A stretch of 64,000 nt of DNA from Octopus vulgaris (GCA_951406725.2 OX597814.1:172360001-172424000), one strand, 5' to 3'; shown: positions 1 through 13,312, counted from the stretch's first letter. Translations and numbers: made by a program. The notes: a model not told the origin generated them from the letters alone.

Positions 1-332
1 AGTTCATTTTCGGCACTTGATGCTTTGGAAACCAGAGAAAAATTGTCGCAGCTCGGCTGGGATGTGTTACCCCACCCTCCATATTCACCAGATATTGCTC
101 CTTTGGATTTCCACTTATTCAGGTCTCTGCAGATAATCTTAAGGGTAAAAATTTCAAGTCCTTGGATATTCTTTGCCATGAAACCACCTCAGTTCTGGGA
201 AGAAGGTATTTTCAAGTTAAAGGTAAGATGGAGACGCATTGTGCAACAAAACGGTTCATATTTGATTGATTAAAAATGTAATGACTTTTTTATTTCTTTT
301 AAAAATCGGCACGAACTTTCCGGACAACCCAA
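1..332 (+). mobile_element. Mariner (Tc1/mariner) transposon 3' end: degenerate transposase C-terminus plus right TIR
   Basis: ORF 25-273 reads LGWDVLPHPPYSPDIAPLDFHLFRSLQ...FWEEGIFKLKVRW (mariner YSPD[L/I]AP motif). It is followed by TIR-like aaaaatcggcacgaactttccggacaacccaa and a TA dinucleotide at 333-334. Confidence 0.9.
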
Positions 333-444
333 TATATAATTGTACGTATATGTAAATGTATTCACATGTAAGCATAGTTGTTAGTTCTAAAATGTCTATA
401 AGAGATGTAAGTAGTAACTCTCCTGAAAAGTAATGGCTGTACAA

Positions 445-700
445 GTATGTATATGTATATATCTATGTGTGTGTGTGTCTTTGTGTCTTTGTGTCTGTGT
501 TTGTCTCCCCTTAACTGTTTGACAACCAGTGATGGTATGTTTACGTCCCAATAACTTAGCGGTTCGGCAATAGAGACCGATAGAATAAGTACCAGGCTTC
601 AGAAATAGGTCCTGGGGTGGATATGTTCGACTAAAACTCCTGCAAGGTGATGCTCCAGCATGTTTGCGGTCAAATGATTGAAACAATTAAAAGAATTGAA
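445..700 (+). mobile_element. SINE family A, 3' half
   Basis: Matches the full copies at 13483 and 46500 (ttgacaacc..., aacttagcggttcggcaa, gatagaataagtac, gctccagcatg, tgaaac tail). Confidence 0.85.
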
Positions 701-706
701 ACACAC

Positions 707-805
<99 letters not shown>

Positions 806-882
806 GTTAAAGAGGACAAGAAACGTTAAGGCAAGGCAAACATCTGAAGTCATATACATTATTATTATTGGAAAAAAATTCA

Positions 883-938
883 GTCTTACAGCTGTTTCTG
901 GGATATCCCCGAGTATGGGATATTCCGTCATCAGAGAC
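883..938 (-). ncRNA. Minimal type I hammerhead ribozyme (Penelope-like element type)
   Basis: Minus strand: gtct-CTGATGA-c-ggaatatccc/gggatatccc-a-GAAA-cagctg-TA-agac. Stem I is gtct/agac and stem III is the palindrome ACAGCTGT. The closing pair of stem II is imperfect. Confidence 0.75.
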
Positions 939-1453
939 AAATAGGGAAATATAGGGCAAATGAGAATGGTATGCATTAATGAGATGATGACATTGAGAAA
1001 GGAAGTAAATGAATAAAAAGGTGAAGAGAGAGAAGAAAAAAGAAGCATAAAAGTTCATTGTTCAACTTTCCGATGTTATAGTTTGAAGGGCCATAGATGG
1101 ACATGGAAGAAAATAAAAGTATTTATAGTGTGTTTACTGCGTCAGGTATTGCGATAAATTTGTAGAATATTTAGAATAATATAGACAATTAAGATAGAAT
1201 GTATTTTAATAACAGTTTCGATTCTGAGTTCAAATCGTACCGAGATCATGCTTGCCATGTATTTTGGGGGGATTTGTACAAACAAAATATCAGTCCAGGT
1301 AAGTCCTTTGTGGCAGCTATTCTATTTTATTTTATATTTCTTTGCTCAAATTCCGGGATTCAAATACTACTCATGAGCATACGAGATGATCATAATTGGT
1401 TAGGACAGCTATAATGGATGGCGAAAAATTATGGCTGTTTTCTGCTGCTGTTG

Positions 1454-1805
1454 CTGTTGAGCGAAGCCGTCTTCGTCCCATTATTGGGAGAAGTCCTAAA
1501 CGTGGTCCTTTGCTATTTGTAAGACCCGCAGAAGAGAAAGCAGGTCAATCCCTGACACCTAGAGCATCAACGGATGGATGAATGCGCATCCAGACTCAGC
1601 GGTTGCGTAGGAAGTCGGGGACAAGAAACAGGAAGAAAGAGTGAGAGAAAGTTGGAGCGAAAGAGTACAACAGGGGTCGCCACCACCCCCTGTCGGAGCC
1701 TCGTGGAGCTTTAAGTGTTTTTGCTCAATAAACACACACAACGCCCGGTTTGGGAATCGAAACCGCGAGTCCGCTGCCCTAACCACTGGGCCATTGCGCC
1801 TCCAC
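1454..1805 (-). mobile_element. SINE family C (tRNA-derived head), with target-site duplication
   Basis: Head gtggaggcgcaatggcccagtggttagggcagcggactcgcgg...ttcgattccc is shared with the copy at 34223. TSD ttctgctgctgttg at 1440-1453 and 1806-1819. Confidence 0.85.
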
Positions 1806-2008
1806 TTCTGCTGCTGTTGAAGGCTGATGCAATGAGAATAACTATATAATTAATTCGAGCCTCTGCCTAAGAAGCTAATGAGTGTACTCTACGCTGCCGC
1901 TTGGCTTGCTAGAAATAGCAATCAAATCTCCTTCAAGCAATGCTGTTTATGGAATATATAATTAAAAATCATGCATGCACTAAGATGCAGACATGCCCTG
2001 AAGTATCC

Positions 2009-2167
2009 ATTTCTTTACTACCCACAAGGGTTTATACACAGAAGGGACAGACAAAGGGATTAACTCGATTACATCGACCCCAGTGCGCAACTGATACTTA
2101 TTTAATCGACCCCGAAAGGATGAAAGGCGAAGTCAACCTCGGCGGAATTTGAACTCAGAACGTAACG
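2009..2167 (-). mobile_element. SINE family B, 5'-truncated
   Basis: Contains cgaccccgaaaggatgaaaggc and ctcggcggaatttgaactcagaacg, as in the full copy at 14651-14882. Confidence 0.85.
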
Positions 2168-2556
2168 CAGGAAGTATCACTGTTCTTCACTATTTCATAT
2201 TCTTTTCAAGTCAGTACTTTGTCAAATGACAAAATGAAGAAGGGGAGACGACTGCAAAGTGTCATAACTGCTACTGCAATGACAGGGAAGAAAACCAACT
2301 GCAGAACAATTGTATAATAATTGCACAATAATGACACTTGCAAAGTTTAACAAGACATCGAAGAAACCACTATTCACTAATCATCAACAGCAAATCAATA
2401 ACTACAAATACAAATAAAACAACAGGAAAACCCACAAGCACAACAACAACCACAAAAAAAAAAGACCAACCTAAGAAACAAGAACATAAAATATGGCTAA
2501 ACTTCTGTCCATCAAAAAACAGAACAATATGAAAATACAGAAACATACAAATATTA

Positions 2557-2774
2557 ATTTCAAACTGGAACAAGGCCAGCAATTTCGGGGTGGGGTGGGG
2601 TTAAGTTGATTAGATCGACCCTGGTATTTATTTTATTGACCACCCCACCACTACTACCCAAAGGATGAAAGGCAAAAATCGAACTCGGCTGAATTTGAAC
2701 TCAGAACATAAAGAGAGATGAAATGCCGTTAAGCATTTTTCCCGGTGTCTTAGCGATTTTGCCAACTCGCCGCC
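2557..2774 (-). mobile_element. SINE family B, variant tail (B2)
   Basis: Has the B head and core, but the tail is tttcaaa..acaaggccagcaattt, as at 49170 and 49310. Confidence 0.75.
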
Positions 2775-3019
2775 AAATAAACATACAAATATTCACAGTA
2801 AAAATATTGAAACAAGTCTCAGTCACACCAATAGTCAAAGACAGACTAAGAATATAATTCGATGTAACGTTACAATTTTTGAAACAGGACAGATAAGAAC
2901 ATCTTAAAGGGGATTTTGGAGAAACACACCCAACCAAGAAAACCATGTCATCCTTTCTTCGAAACCAAAGAAAGGAATCACCTCAATTTCCACCGCCAAA
3001 CATGGCGTTAATGTGATTT

Positions 3020-4160
3020 TGGCTCTTCAAATACATGTGGCGTTGTGAGTAGGGTTGAGATGAAAGCAAGGTTCCTTGCTTTTCCAGCTCTGGTCACTGG
3101 ATTTGAATGCAGTGTTCAACCGTAAGAACAATATTTCTTACAAGCAGCCACTAGCTCTTCTGAATGACTGTGATATGTAGACGTCTTTCGGTCGGCCCAG
3201 ATGGAGTAGAAGGGTAGTATTGTTTCAGATAAGTCTGGTACCAAATATTAAGTCAGTGGTCATGGTTGTGAATAACAGCAAAGCTGGATCGTTCAGACGG
3301 ATATCTTCAGGCGTCTAGAGAGTCATTCTTGCGAATAGCCTGTTCGTTAATGCGAGTTGAAGCGATTAGAACACGCTGGTAATATATGAAAATATTCGTT
3401 AATGCGAATACATGGTAATACATGGAAATGTTCGTTAATGCAAGTAGAACCGATTAGAACACGCTGATAATATATGGAAATATTCGCCAGGAGAAGCAGT
3501 GTAAAAACCCAAAGACCGACTAGTGGTATTTTTGGTTTTATGACAAGTAGCAAATGGATTTTTCGAACGTGTACATTGACAAAGCACACTGGGTCATCAC
3601 GATCGTATCTAGATATAGCATTTTTTACGTTAGCGTCTGTTATTATTGGCTTTTTCCAGGTGTCAAAATTTCAGCTCGTCGGCTACACTGATTTCAAATT
3701 TATAAGCTGGACAGTCAGTCTAGACAGAACGCAGAGACAAATGCCTTGCTAGGTCTTCGCAGTCAGAAAGTTATCGATGGTCAATGAAGAGACTTTCTAA
3801 GGAGAACTTGACGGGGAAATACTGACCAATAAGTCGTAAGTCTCCGAAAAGTACTGTTAGAGCAGTAATAATAAGAAATAGCGAAAAAGTAACGATAGAA
3901 AATAATAGATTAAAGGGGGGAGTTAATCGGCAGATTAAAAAAAGTAATGTAATCGATAGATTTTCAAAAATGTAGCGTAATCGATAGATTATCGGCATAC
4001 ATGTTGCTGGATATCTCGGGAAACATAAAGGTATCGTTGTCAGAATTGAGTCGCGTATTCTTAGACACGAGGACGCATTAGTAATCCATTGAAAATCAGG
4101 TGGCAGAAATGCGAGGTGGTAACAAGTAATATTCTCAAATCTTTAATCAGGACAAATTGT
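3020..4160 (+). mobile_element. Degenerate L1/Tx1-like LINE ORF2 relic (APE endonuclease region)
   Basis: ORF 3474-3752 contains GSSRSYLD...VGYTDFK, resembling the terminal APE motifs (SRxDR / SDH). Flanking frames are broken. Confidence 0.5.
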
Positions 4161-4309
4161 CTTCTAAAATGTTCTGTTATAAGAAAATAGATTGTGGTTT
4201 GAAGAATGCAAGGCTGCTATTTCTAGCAGGTCAAGCGATAAACTAAGTGTTTCGACTTTGTATCACAAAGTAGATGAAGAAAGTGTTTTGAAATAGCATA
4301 TCTAGTAGT

Positions 4310-4337
4310 AGCAATGCTTCTTCTGCTGCTGCTGCTG

Positions 4338-4368
<31 letters not shown>

Positions 4369-4896
4369 TGGTGGTAGTGGTGGTGGTGGTGGCGGTGGCG
4401 GCGGGGGTGGTGGTGACAGTGAATGATGAGGATGCTGCTGATAACTATGATGATGATGAGGATGAGGATGCTGACGATTACGATGGTGAGTCTTAGTGTC
4501 GCGCATGAAGTGAAAAAGTTAGTGGTGGTTGTTTTGGAGGCGTTGTCAGTGGTGGTGTAGGCAATGTCGGTGGTGGTGGTGGTGGCGGTTGGCTGCGATG
4601 GTTGTTGTTGTTGTTGTTGGTTTCTATAACAGAAGAGATGGTCATGGTAGTGTTGCTTGCGGTGGTGTAGGTGGTGGTACTGGCAACAGTAGCAGTGGTG
4701 GCAGAGGTGTTGGTGGTGGTGGTGGTTGGCAGTGAAGACAGAGGGGTGCCAACCCGCAGATGTCCATCTGCCTTACGGTAGCCACTCAAGTATTCATATA
4801 ATAGACAACGGTCAGATGGACTATGGAAGAATTGATAGTTAGATGGACAGATGGAAATAAGCGGAGAATGATGGATGGATATATTGATGGACTGAA

Positions 4897-4959
<63 letters not shown>

Positions 4960-4996
4960 CACACACATTACGTACATACATACATACATACATACA

Positions 4997-5064
<68 letters not shown>

Positions 5065-5095
5065 CACACACATTATATACATACATACATATATA

Positions 5096-5152
<57 letters not shown>

Positions 5153-5486
5153 ACAACATATAACATCTATTATAAGTATATATAGGCGCACGCACACACA
5201 CTTACACATACACATATATGCGTGTTTTTTTTTATTATAAGATTATATATATATATATATATATATGGGGATGTATGTATGTATGTATGTATATGTATAC
5301 ATACAATTATATATACACTTGTCAGAGAAATAGATGCAGATTATAGATGAACAGACAGATAGACAGATAGATAGATAAATAGATAGATAAATCAGTAGTT
5401 AGGTTTGTGGTTAGGTGAGTAGGTAGTTAGAGGGAGATAGACAGATATGAGTATGTGTGTGTGAGTGTGTGTGTATTTATATATGA

Positions 5487-5524
<38 letters not shown>

Positions 5525-5716
5525 TTGTATGTATGTATGTATGCACACACACACGCACACACAGATAAATACACATATATACAGAGGGAGAGAGAGAGAG
5601 AAAGAGAGTGTTAAGGATAAACAGACAAACAGACAGACTGACAGAGAGACAACCAGACAGATAGACACACAAACACACACACACACACACACACGGAAAA
5701 ATAGATAGAGAGATAG

Positions 5717-5775
<59 letters not shown>

Positions 5776-5823
5776 CAGACAGAGAGACAGACAGACAGAC
5801 AGATAGATAGATGATAGAGAGAT

Positions 5824-5862
<39 letters not shown>

Positions 5863-5907
5863 TAGACAGACAGAAAGACAGACAGACACACACACACACA
5901 GACAAAC

Positions 5908-5985
<78 letters not shown>

Positions 5986-5990
5986 GTGTA
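4310..5990. repeat. Compound microsatellite field (GAT/GGT/GTT, CA, TACA, TA, GATA, GA)
   Basis: Directly visible simple repeats. Confidence 0.95.
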
Positions 5991-6399
5991 ACCTAGAGAA
6001 ACAACCAAGAGAATAAGATTGGGCACAAAAACAAGAGACAAACAGAGAGATTGATACATTGTTGACCTACATGGAATCTCGTGGTGTAGGTTTACACACT
6101 TAACCCAAAACGCTCCCCCCTATTCGTACCCATCCCCCCATTCCTCTTTTGTGTCCAGTCCTTAGTTCCACACTCTTGCTGTATTATTGTTCGCCTCCAT
6201 AGGAAATTAATCCCCACTTCTCTATCTCCGGAGAAAGTTTAGAAGCCAACCTATTGCCCCTCCCAGTATTATCTTTCTTTTCTTCTTTCTTTCTCTTTTC
6301 CTTCTTTCTTCCTTTCTTTCTTTTCTTCTTTCTTTCTTTTTTCTTTCTTTCTTTCTTTCTTTCTTTCTATATTTCTTTTCTTCTTTCTTTCTCTTTTCT

Positions 6400-6439
<40 letters not shown>

Positions 6440-7059
6440 TATTCTCTCCACGATGCCTTTTCATTTCATTTAGTTTCTATTTTGCCCATATCCCCAGCAA
6501 ATGTATCTATACCATGAGAAAAAAAAATAAACAAAAAATGAGTGTTTGCGCTTGTATGTATGTATATTGTGTGTATGTGTGTGTTTGTGTGTATGTGTGT
6601 GTGTGTGTGTGTGAGTGTGCGTGTGGTTGGATGTGTGCGAATGCATATTAGATATTGAAAAAAAACTGAGGATGCATACACACATAAAGACACACATGCG
6701 AATAAATGAGCAGGACTTACACGCACTCACACCTTTATGCATATATAATTATGAAGGTAGTAGTACAATGATCAGAGTTTTGAACTCATTCTGATGAGGC
6801 TGTGGGTTCGATTCCTGGACCGGACGGTGCGCTATATCTTTGAGCAAGATAACATTTCCTGTTTCTTCTCCACTCAGCTACTGATGAATACAAGTTGAGT
6901 ACTGGCCGAGCTCACAAGTCCTCATCTATTACATCCTCGGCGTTTCGCTGTATCAAAGACAGGGGTGCAGTTTGGAATTCCTGTGTCATGGTGGCGAGGT
7001 GCGTTAGACGATTACGCTGTACGACCTTCTTCAACAGTCAACGGTATCTAGAGAACGCT

Positions 7060-7370
7060 TTTGGGTTATACACGTCCCTTCACGTTTATTGCGCCGAGGT
7101 CAAATTTGCCTTTTATCCTTTCGGAGTTGACTTTGCCTCTCATCTTTTCGGCGTCGACTTTGCCCGTCATCCTTTTGGGGTCGACTTTACTTTTTATCCT
7201 TTCGGAGTCGACTTTGTGTTTCATCCTTTCGGGGTCGATTTTGCCTTTCATCCTTTCGTGGTCGACTTTGCCCCTCGTCCTTTTGGGGTCGACTTTGCCT
7301 TTCATCCTTTCGGGGTCGATAAAATTAGTGCCAGTTGAATTCTTGGGTCGATGTAATCGATTTACTATAT
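7060..7370 (+). repeat. SINE-B copy with an internal 27-bp segment amplified about 8 times
   Basis: Tandem units of ggggtcgactttgcctttcatcctttc at 7095-7322, followed by the normal SINE-B continuation gataaaattagtgccagtt. Confidence 0.9.
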
Positions 7371-7420
7371 AACTAACTGTGATCACATTGTGTATGTCTG
7401 CTCAGGAAGAACTACATAAG

Positions 7421-7561
7421 CACATGGGGAAAAAAATTAGAGTTAGGGTTAGGGTTAGGGCTAGGGTTTTTACTTCTTGAAGAGTCATACATGTTTGCGA
7501 GTGACGACTGAAAATTTATTGCAAATGAATGTTATTGTCGCCATTTGAGTTCTACCATGTG
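7421..7561. mobile_element. Possible small MITE carrying (TTAGGG)n
   Basis: Short inverted ends cacatgg/ccatgtg with an internal gttagggttagggttagggctaggg run. Confidence 0.3.
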
Positions 7562-8183
7562 AAATTCATCCAAGAGCCATGTATACACACGTGAATATAT
7601 GCTTGTTTGCTTGTGTGTGCGCGCGCTTGCGTGTTTTGAAAATAAGAAAAATGTATGGAAACCGAAAGATCATCAACAGCAGCAACACCAACATAAACAA
7701 TAAATAAACAGAACTGCAGGAGTATTGGCAATAACCATTGAAATACTTTAAACAGCTGAGACAAAAAGAGTTAAAATTCTGTAAAACAACAACAACAAAT
7801 ACGACGAAGACGGCGATGTCGACAACAACAACAACAACGACGACAATTACAACAAAAGAAACAACAACAGAAGCAAACCGCAGGTATCAAAATAATGGAA
7901 GCAGTAATAACAATAGCAGCGAATTCTATAACAACAGCAACAATAAGAACAGTAGTAATATTATATCAATAGCAAGAAAACAAAAAAAACAAAAAAAAAA
8001 AAGAACAACGCAAATAACAACAGCAGCAACAAATAACAACAAACATAACAACAAAGTAATACTAGCAAAGACAATAACGGCAGCTGCGACTTTTGGCAGC
8101 AAGAATACAACTGTGAGATTACATATATATATGCATACATGTAGACATACATTCATGCATACGCGCGTGTGTGTGTGTGTGCG

Positions 8184-8252
<69 letters not shown>

Positions 8253-8273
8253 ATATATATCTATATATCTATC

Positions 8274-8311
<38 letters not shown>

Positions 8312-8415
8312 CGTGTTTTTTTGTGTGTGTGTGTGTGTGCGTTTTTTTTTGTGTGTGCGTGTGTGTGTAGATACAAATATGTATACACATATATATGTAT
8401 AAATATTTGTACATA

Positions 8416-8464
<49 letters not shown>

Positions 8465-8645
8465 ATATCTATACCTATATCTATCTACCTATCTATCAAT
8501 ATATATACATATATATATATGTATATATGTATATATATATATATATGTATATAATATTAATTCGAGACAAAACCACTATTTTGCAAAACAAACAAGGAAA
8601 GACTTAATCAATACATAAAAATTTTAATTTAAAGTAAATAAACCG

Positions 8646-8689
8646 CCACTACAATTGTTTCATGTCTTCAAATGATATTCGTCAGGTGG
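8646..8689 (-). ncRNA. Minimal type I hammerhead ribozyme in a Penelope-like fragment (about 8555-8712)
   Basis: Minus strand: ccac-CTGACGA-atatc-atttgaa-gacat-GAAA-caattg-TA-gtgg. Stem I is ccac/gtgg, stem II has one mismatch, and stem III is the palindrome ACAATTGT. Confidence 0.8.
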
Positions 8690-8714
8690 ATTTCCGATCT
8701 TCTAATCAGTTTAT

Positions 8715-8745
<31 letters not shown>

Positions 8746-8821
8746 ATCAAATATATATATATATATATATATGTGTGTGTATGTATGCTTATATATATAA
8801 ATATATATATATGTATATAAG

Positions 8822-8883
<62 letters not shown>

Positions 8884-8886
8884 TAA

Positions 8887-9195
8887 TAAATTAAGTACCA
8901 GTTACGCACTGGGGTCGATGTAATCAACTTAATCCCTTTGTCTGTCCTTGTTTGTCCCCTCTATGTTTAAGACCTTGTGGGCAATAAAGAAATAAAAAAC
9001 GTTAGCTCGCTGGGCGAAATGCTTAGCGGTATTTCGTTTGCCTTTACGTTCTGAGTTCAAATTCCGCCGAGGTCGACTTTGCCTTTCATCCTTTCGGGGT
9101 CTATAAATTAAGTACCAGTTGCGTACTGGGTCGATCATATCGACTGCCCCCCCTCCTCCAAAACTTCGGGCCTTGTGCTTAGAGTAGAAAAGATT
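8887..9195 (+). mobile_element. SINE-B 3' half followed directly by a second SINE-B copy with variant tail (B3)
   Basis: The tail ...cttgtgggcaataaagaaataa is followed by aacgttagctcgctgggcgaaatg...gggccttgtgcttagagtagaaaag. Confidence 0.85.
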
Positions 9196-9364
9196 CTGCT
9201 AATTCATGGCCCTGCAAAGAAAAAAAAAACTAACGGCATATGATTAGGTCACCATCGCCGTTACCGTTACCATTGCCGTTATATTCACCACGACCTTCAC
9301 CGCCAGCATCCTTAACACTAAGACCGACAATACGAACACGACCACCCATCACCACCACAATTAT

Positions 9365-9596
9365 TCGTCTGTAAACTGGAGCAGTTGAAGGGAAAGAGGG
9401 GTGCCTACCTGGCGTGCCCTTGGCAGTTGGGGTGACTGGAGAATTTTGTCGTTCAATTTTTTAACTTTTTGTTTTTTATTGTATACACGCTTTCTGTTTT
9501 AAACCCCACTTGTCCCTTGTTTTGTATTGCCCTATATGTTTATTTTTTGGTTTTCGGCCCTTGTGACCAATAAAGAAGGGATTATGATTATCATCA

Positions 9597-9600
<4 letters not shown>
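9365..9600 (+). mobile_element. LINE-like 3' UTR fragment
   Basis: T-rich UTR ending ggcccttgtgaccaataaagaa, followed by an (ATT)n tail. The end resembles 17645 and the SINE-B tail. Confidence 0.45.
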
Positions 9601-9660
<60 letters not shown>

Positions 9661-10373
9661 CATTATGAACACCACCACCACCAACAACAACAACAACAAC
9701 TACGACTTCTTAACAAACCAAAAACTTGGAAATAAATAAGAACAGCAACAACAACAATACTCCTGTTATCACCACCACCATCATGACGAAGGGCATCATC
9801 ATCATCGTCATTATCACCGTTGACGTCGTCGCTGTGGCCGTTGTCATCATCATCACCATCATCATCATCAACATCATCATCATCAACATCATCATCACCA
9901 TTACTATCATTATCCTCATCGTCGACGTCATCATCATCATCATCAACATTATCATCATCGTCGTCATGGTCGTCGTCACCAGCACCAGCACAACCGCCAA
10001 CAGCACCACTAACAGCACCAACAGCACCACTAACAGCACCACCACCACCAGCACCACCACCACCACCACCACCAACACCAGCACCACTACCACCACCACC
10101 ACTACCACCACCACCACCAACAACAACAGCAACACCTCCAGGACCAACAGCACCACCAACACCAACACCAGCACCAGCCTCAGCACCAGCACCACCACTA
10201 GCACCACCATCACCACCACCACCACCACCACCACCACCACCAAATATCTATTCGATCAGGGCTGGCCACAAATGAGGCAGGATAAAAGAAGAAAAATAAC
10301 AAAAACAACAGCAGCAGCAACAACAACAACAACAACTACTACTACTACTACCACCACCACCACCACCACCATC

Positions 10374-10447
<74 letters not shown>

Positions 10448-11225
10448 AATAACAAAGACAACAACAACGATGATGACAACGACGACAATATGCTAATTAT
10501 CATAATCCCTTATCGTCAACATCACCATTTTGCTCAACGTCTATAGGCTCTTCCATTCCATGCCATTAACTCCGTAAAGATATGGAAGAAGGGTGGAGTA
10601 GTCTGCGAGTGGCGATGGCTTTATATTGATAAACACATGGAATTTTACATTTTGTATTTCATCTCAGACTAATTCCTGTGAAGAAGAGGAAAAGTTCACT
10701 TTGTCTTTTAAAAGAATTTAATATTTTCACTTCATACACACACCGTCACCGTGACTTCAACCGTTTTTGCTACCATCACCACCACCACCACCACCACCAC
10801 CACCACCGCCGCCACCGCCACCGCCGCTGCCACCACCGTCATCAACAAAACCAGCATCACCATCAACACAACCACCACCACCGCCACCGCCGCTGCCACC
10901 ACCATCATCAACAAAACCAGCATCACCATCAACACAACCACTACCACCACCACCATCACCACTACAACTACCACCAACCCCCATCAACACCATCAACACC
11001 ATCAACACCTCCGTCGTGATGAATCACCACAACGACCACCACCACCATCACCGTCAACACAGCCACCACCACTACCACCACCACCCGCCACCACCACCAC
11101 AACAACAACAACAACACAACCACCACCACCAACACAACCTCACGACTACAATCATCACCACCACCAACAACAATAACAATCACAATAATAAGAAAACCAT
11201 TGAGACAACGACAGAGACCACTACC
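9590..11225. repeat. Trinucleotide microsatellite field (ATT, CAT, CAC, CAA, CTA)
   Basis: Directly visible. Includes a 66-bp tandem duplication near 10810-10941. Confidence 0.95.
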
Positions 11226-11284
11226 TAGTCGCTCCACATGTTAAAAATAGCAGCCAAATCTATCTCAAATTAATTCATATATAA

Positions 11285-11660
11285 GTGCAGGCACGACTAT
11301 GTGGTTAAGAAGCTGGTTTTATAAGCCCTACAGTGCGACACCTTGGTCAAGTGTCTTCCTCTGTAGACCTGGAGCAGCCAAAGTCATGTGAGTGAATTTG
11401 GTAAATCGAAATTATGTGGAAACCTGTTGTATGCGCGCGCATATGTACATGTGTGTATGTGTGTGTGTGTGCGTGCGTGCGTGCATGTATATATGTCCTT
11501 TGTATTTGTCCCATACTACCGCTTGATAGCTGGTGTTAGTTTGCTTAAGTACCCATAACTTAGGTTAGGCAAAAGATATCGTTAGAAAATGTACCATACT
11601 TAAAATAAGAACTGATGTTGATTTGTTCAAGTAAGTCCTTCCAGGCAGTGCCCCAACATG
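11285..11660 (+). mobile_element. SINE family A, diverged
   Basis: Colinear with the copy at 13483 (ccttggtcaagtgtcttc, tgtgagtgaatttggta, ggcagtgccccaacatg). Confidence 0.75.
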
Positions 11661-12082
11661 ATATATATACATATAAAAATTAAGCAAATGTGTAAGAAAA
11701 TGCTGAAACGCTTTTTGATCATAGATCTGCTCATTCGAATTTGTTCATTCAAAGTATAATCTGTATATATATAAAAGGCAGGATGTGTGTGTGTGTGTGT
11801 GTGTATACGTGAATGTAATTTATGCACGTTCACAAATTAGCACACATGTTGCTCCAATTTTAGGAGGACATTCGTCATGATCCTAGCTGTATTTTCGTCA
11901 ACTTATTCTTACCAGAGGCACCAGCGAATAGTAGTAAAAATAAATTTTCAACCAAAACTTTTAACAATTTTCAAGTCGGAGAAATCACCATTGTCCCCTT
12001 CTAGCGACGAGTAGGTTTTTGTTAAGACGTTTGTTGTTTTTTTTTTCCATCGAGGAAAAAAGTATTTTGTTGATATACGGGC

Positions 12083-12128
<46 letters not shown>

Positions 12129-12299
12129 GTATGCGTACAAAAAATATGTATGCAATAGGTGTACGTACGTACGTACGTACGTATGTGTGTGTGTGTTGCC
12201 CATATATATATTTATATACAATTGCAGCGTGGAAGGTGTTTATAAGCCATTTAAGAAACACACAAAAGCCGTTCGATTCACTTCAACATTTAAGTTTAA

Positions 12300-12349
12300 T
12301 TTGTCAAAATATTTTCGTCGCTAAAATCCGCGACCTGTTCACTGACAAA
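12300..12349 (-). ncRNA. Variant minimal hammerhead ribozyme, core GUGAACA (G3:C8), in a Penelope-like fragment at 12218-12363
   Basis: Minus strand: tttgtca-GTGAACA-g-gtcgc-ggatttta-gcgac-GAAA-atat-TT-tgacaaa. Stem I is 7 bp, stem II is 5 bp, and stem III is the palindrome AATATT. Confidence 0.7.
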
Positions 12350-12362
12350 AATCCGTGCTGCA

Positions 12363-12460
<98 letters not shown>

Positions 12461-12515
12461 TATATATATTTGGGCGAAATCCGTTGAAATTGGTATGTAT
12501 ATTTACGTATGTGTG

Positions 12516-12559
<44 letters not shown>

Positions 12560-12703
12560 CACACATACGTAAATATACATACCAATTTCAACGGATTTCG
12601 CCCAAATTTGACGTCGATGTTACTTAGGTCGATTTGAAATACAGAACTTGATTAGCTTAATAATCCTAACTTAATCCTGGGCAAAGCCGTGTTATACTGC
12701 TAG
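12363..12703 (+). mobile_element. Non-autonomous Helitron-like element containing a 140-bp palindrome
   Basis: The 3' end cctgggcaaagccgtgttatactgCTAG|t resembles the Helitron end at 29708. The possible A|TC start at 12363 is uncertain. Confidence 0.6.
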
Positions 12704-13092
12704 TGGAGTTTAAATGAGAACAGCATTAGAAATCTTAAAGAGGAGACAACTGCAGAAAGTTCGACTTACTTAAAATTAGAGCCACATTTTCTACATATCA
12801 CACACTGTTGTTTTCAATAAAGAAAATATATATATACATAGGTCAATGACGTCCTACAAACCGCTAAGATAGGAAGTTCCTCTGATCATAACTCTTTTTG
12901 ATCACAAAACTAGAGTCAAAGCATGATAACCCAAAATGCTAAAATTAGCAGACAATTTCCCCTGCTTAAAATAGGAAAATATTTTGAATTACGTGTTGTT
13001 GTTTAACCCGTCAATCCTAACTCAGCGGGCCCATGGCACGCAAGTATTAATTCGAAAGGTCAGGCGTGGTCTGAGGAAAAAAATACCTTTAA

Positions 13093-13312
13093 GCCTTTTG
13101 CATTCAAATTACTCTGTCAAACGTAACGCTTATTTATTCACATTGTTTTGAATTAATCATGCATCATCTTATATCTTTGGGATTTCGATGCTGTAATTGT
13201 TTATTTTTAGAATGACATTGTACAGTGGGTGCGAGAGGCTGGATCCGACTGATTTGAACACAAAACGGATAGAAGAGTTGGGCCTAATATGACCGTTTTA
13301 AATGCTAAAGGG
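13093..13312. mobile_element. piggyBac-type MITE
   Basis: TTAA|gccttttgcatt ... aatgctaaaggg|TTAA: TTAA on both sides and CCC/GGG-type inverted ends (left end diverged). Confidence 0.75.

Noticed and set aside
1908-1921. gctagaaatagcaa, identical to part of the Cas9 sgRNA scaffold
   Set aside because: Only 14 nt, the flanks do not continue the scaffold, and it is the core of an endogenous dispersed repeat.
7095-7322. Regular short repeats that could suggest a CRISPR array (also 38207-38442)
   Set aside because: The units are contiguous without unique spacers, the context is eukaryotic, and there are no cas genes.
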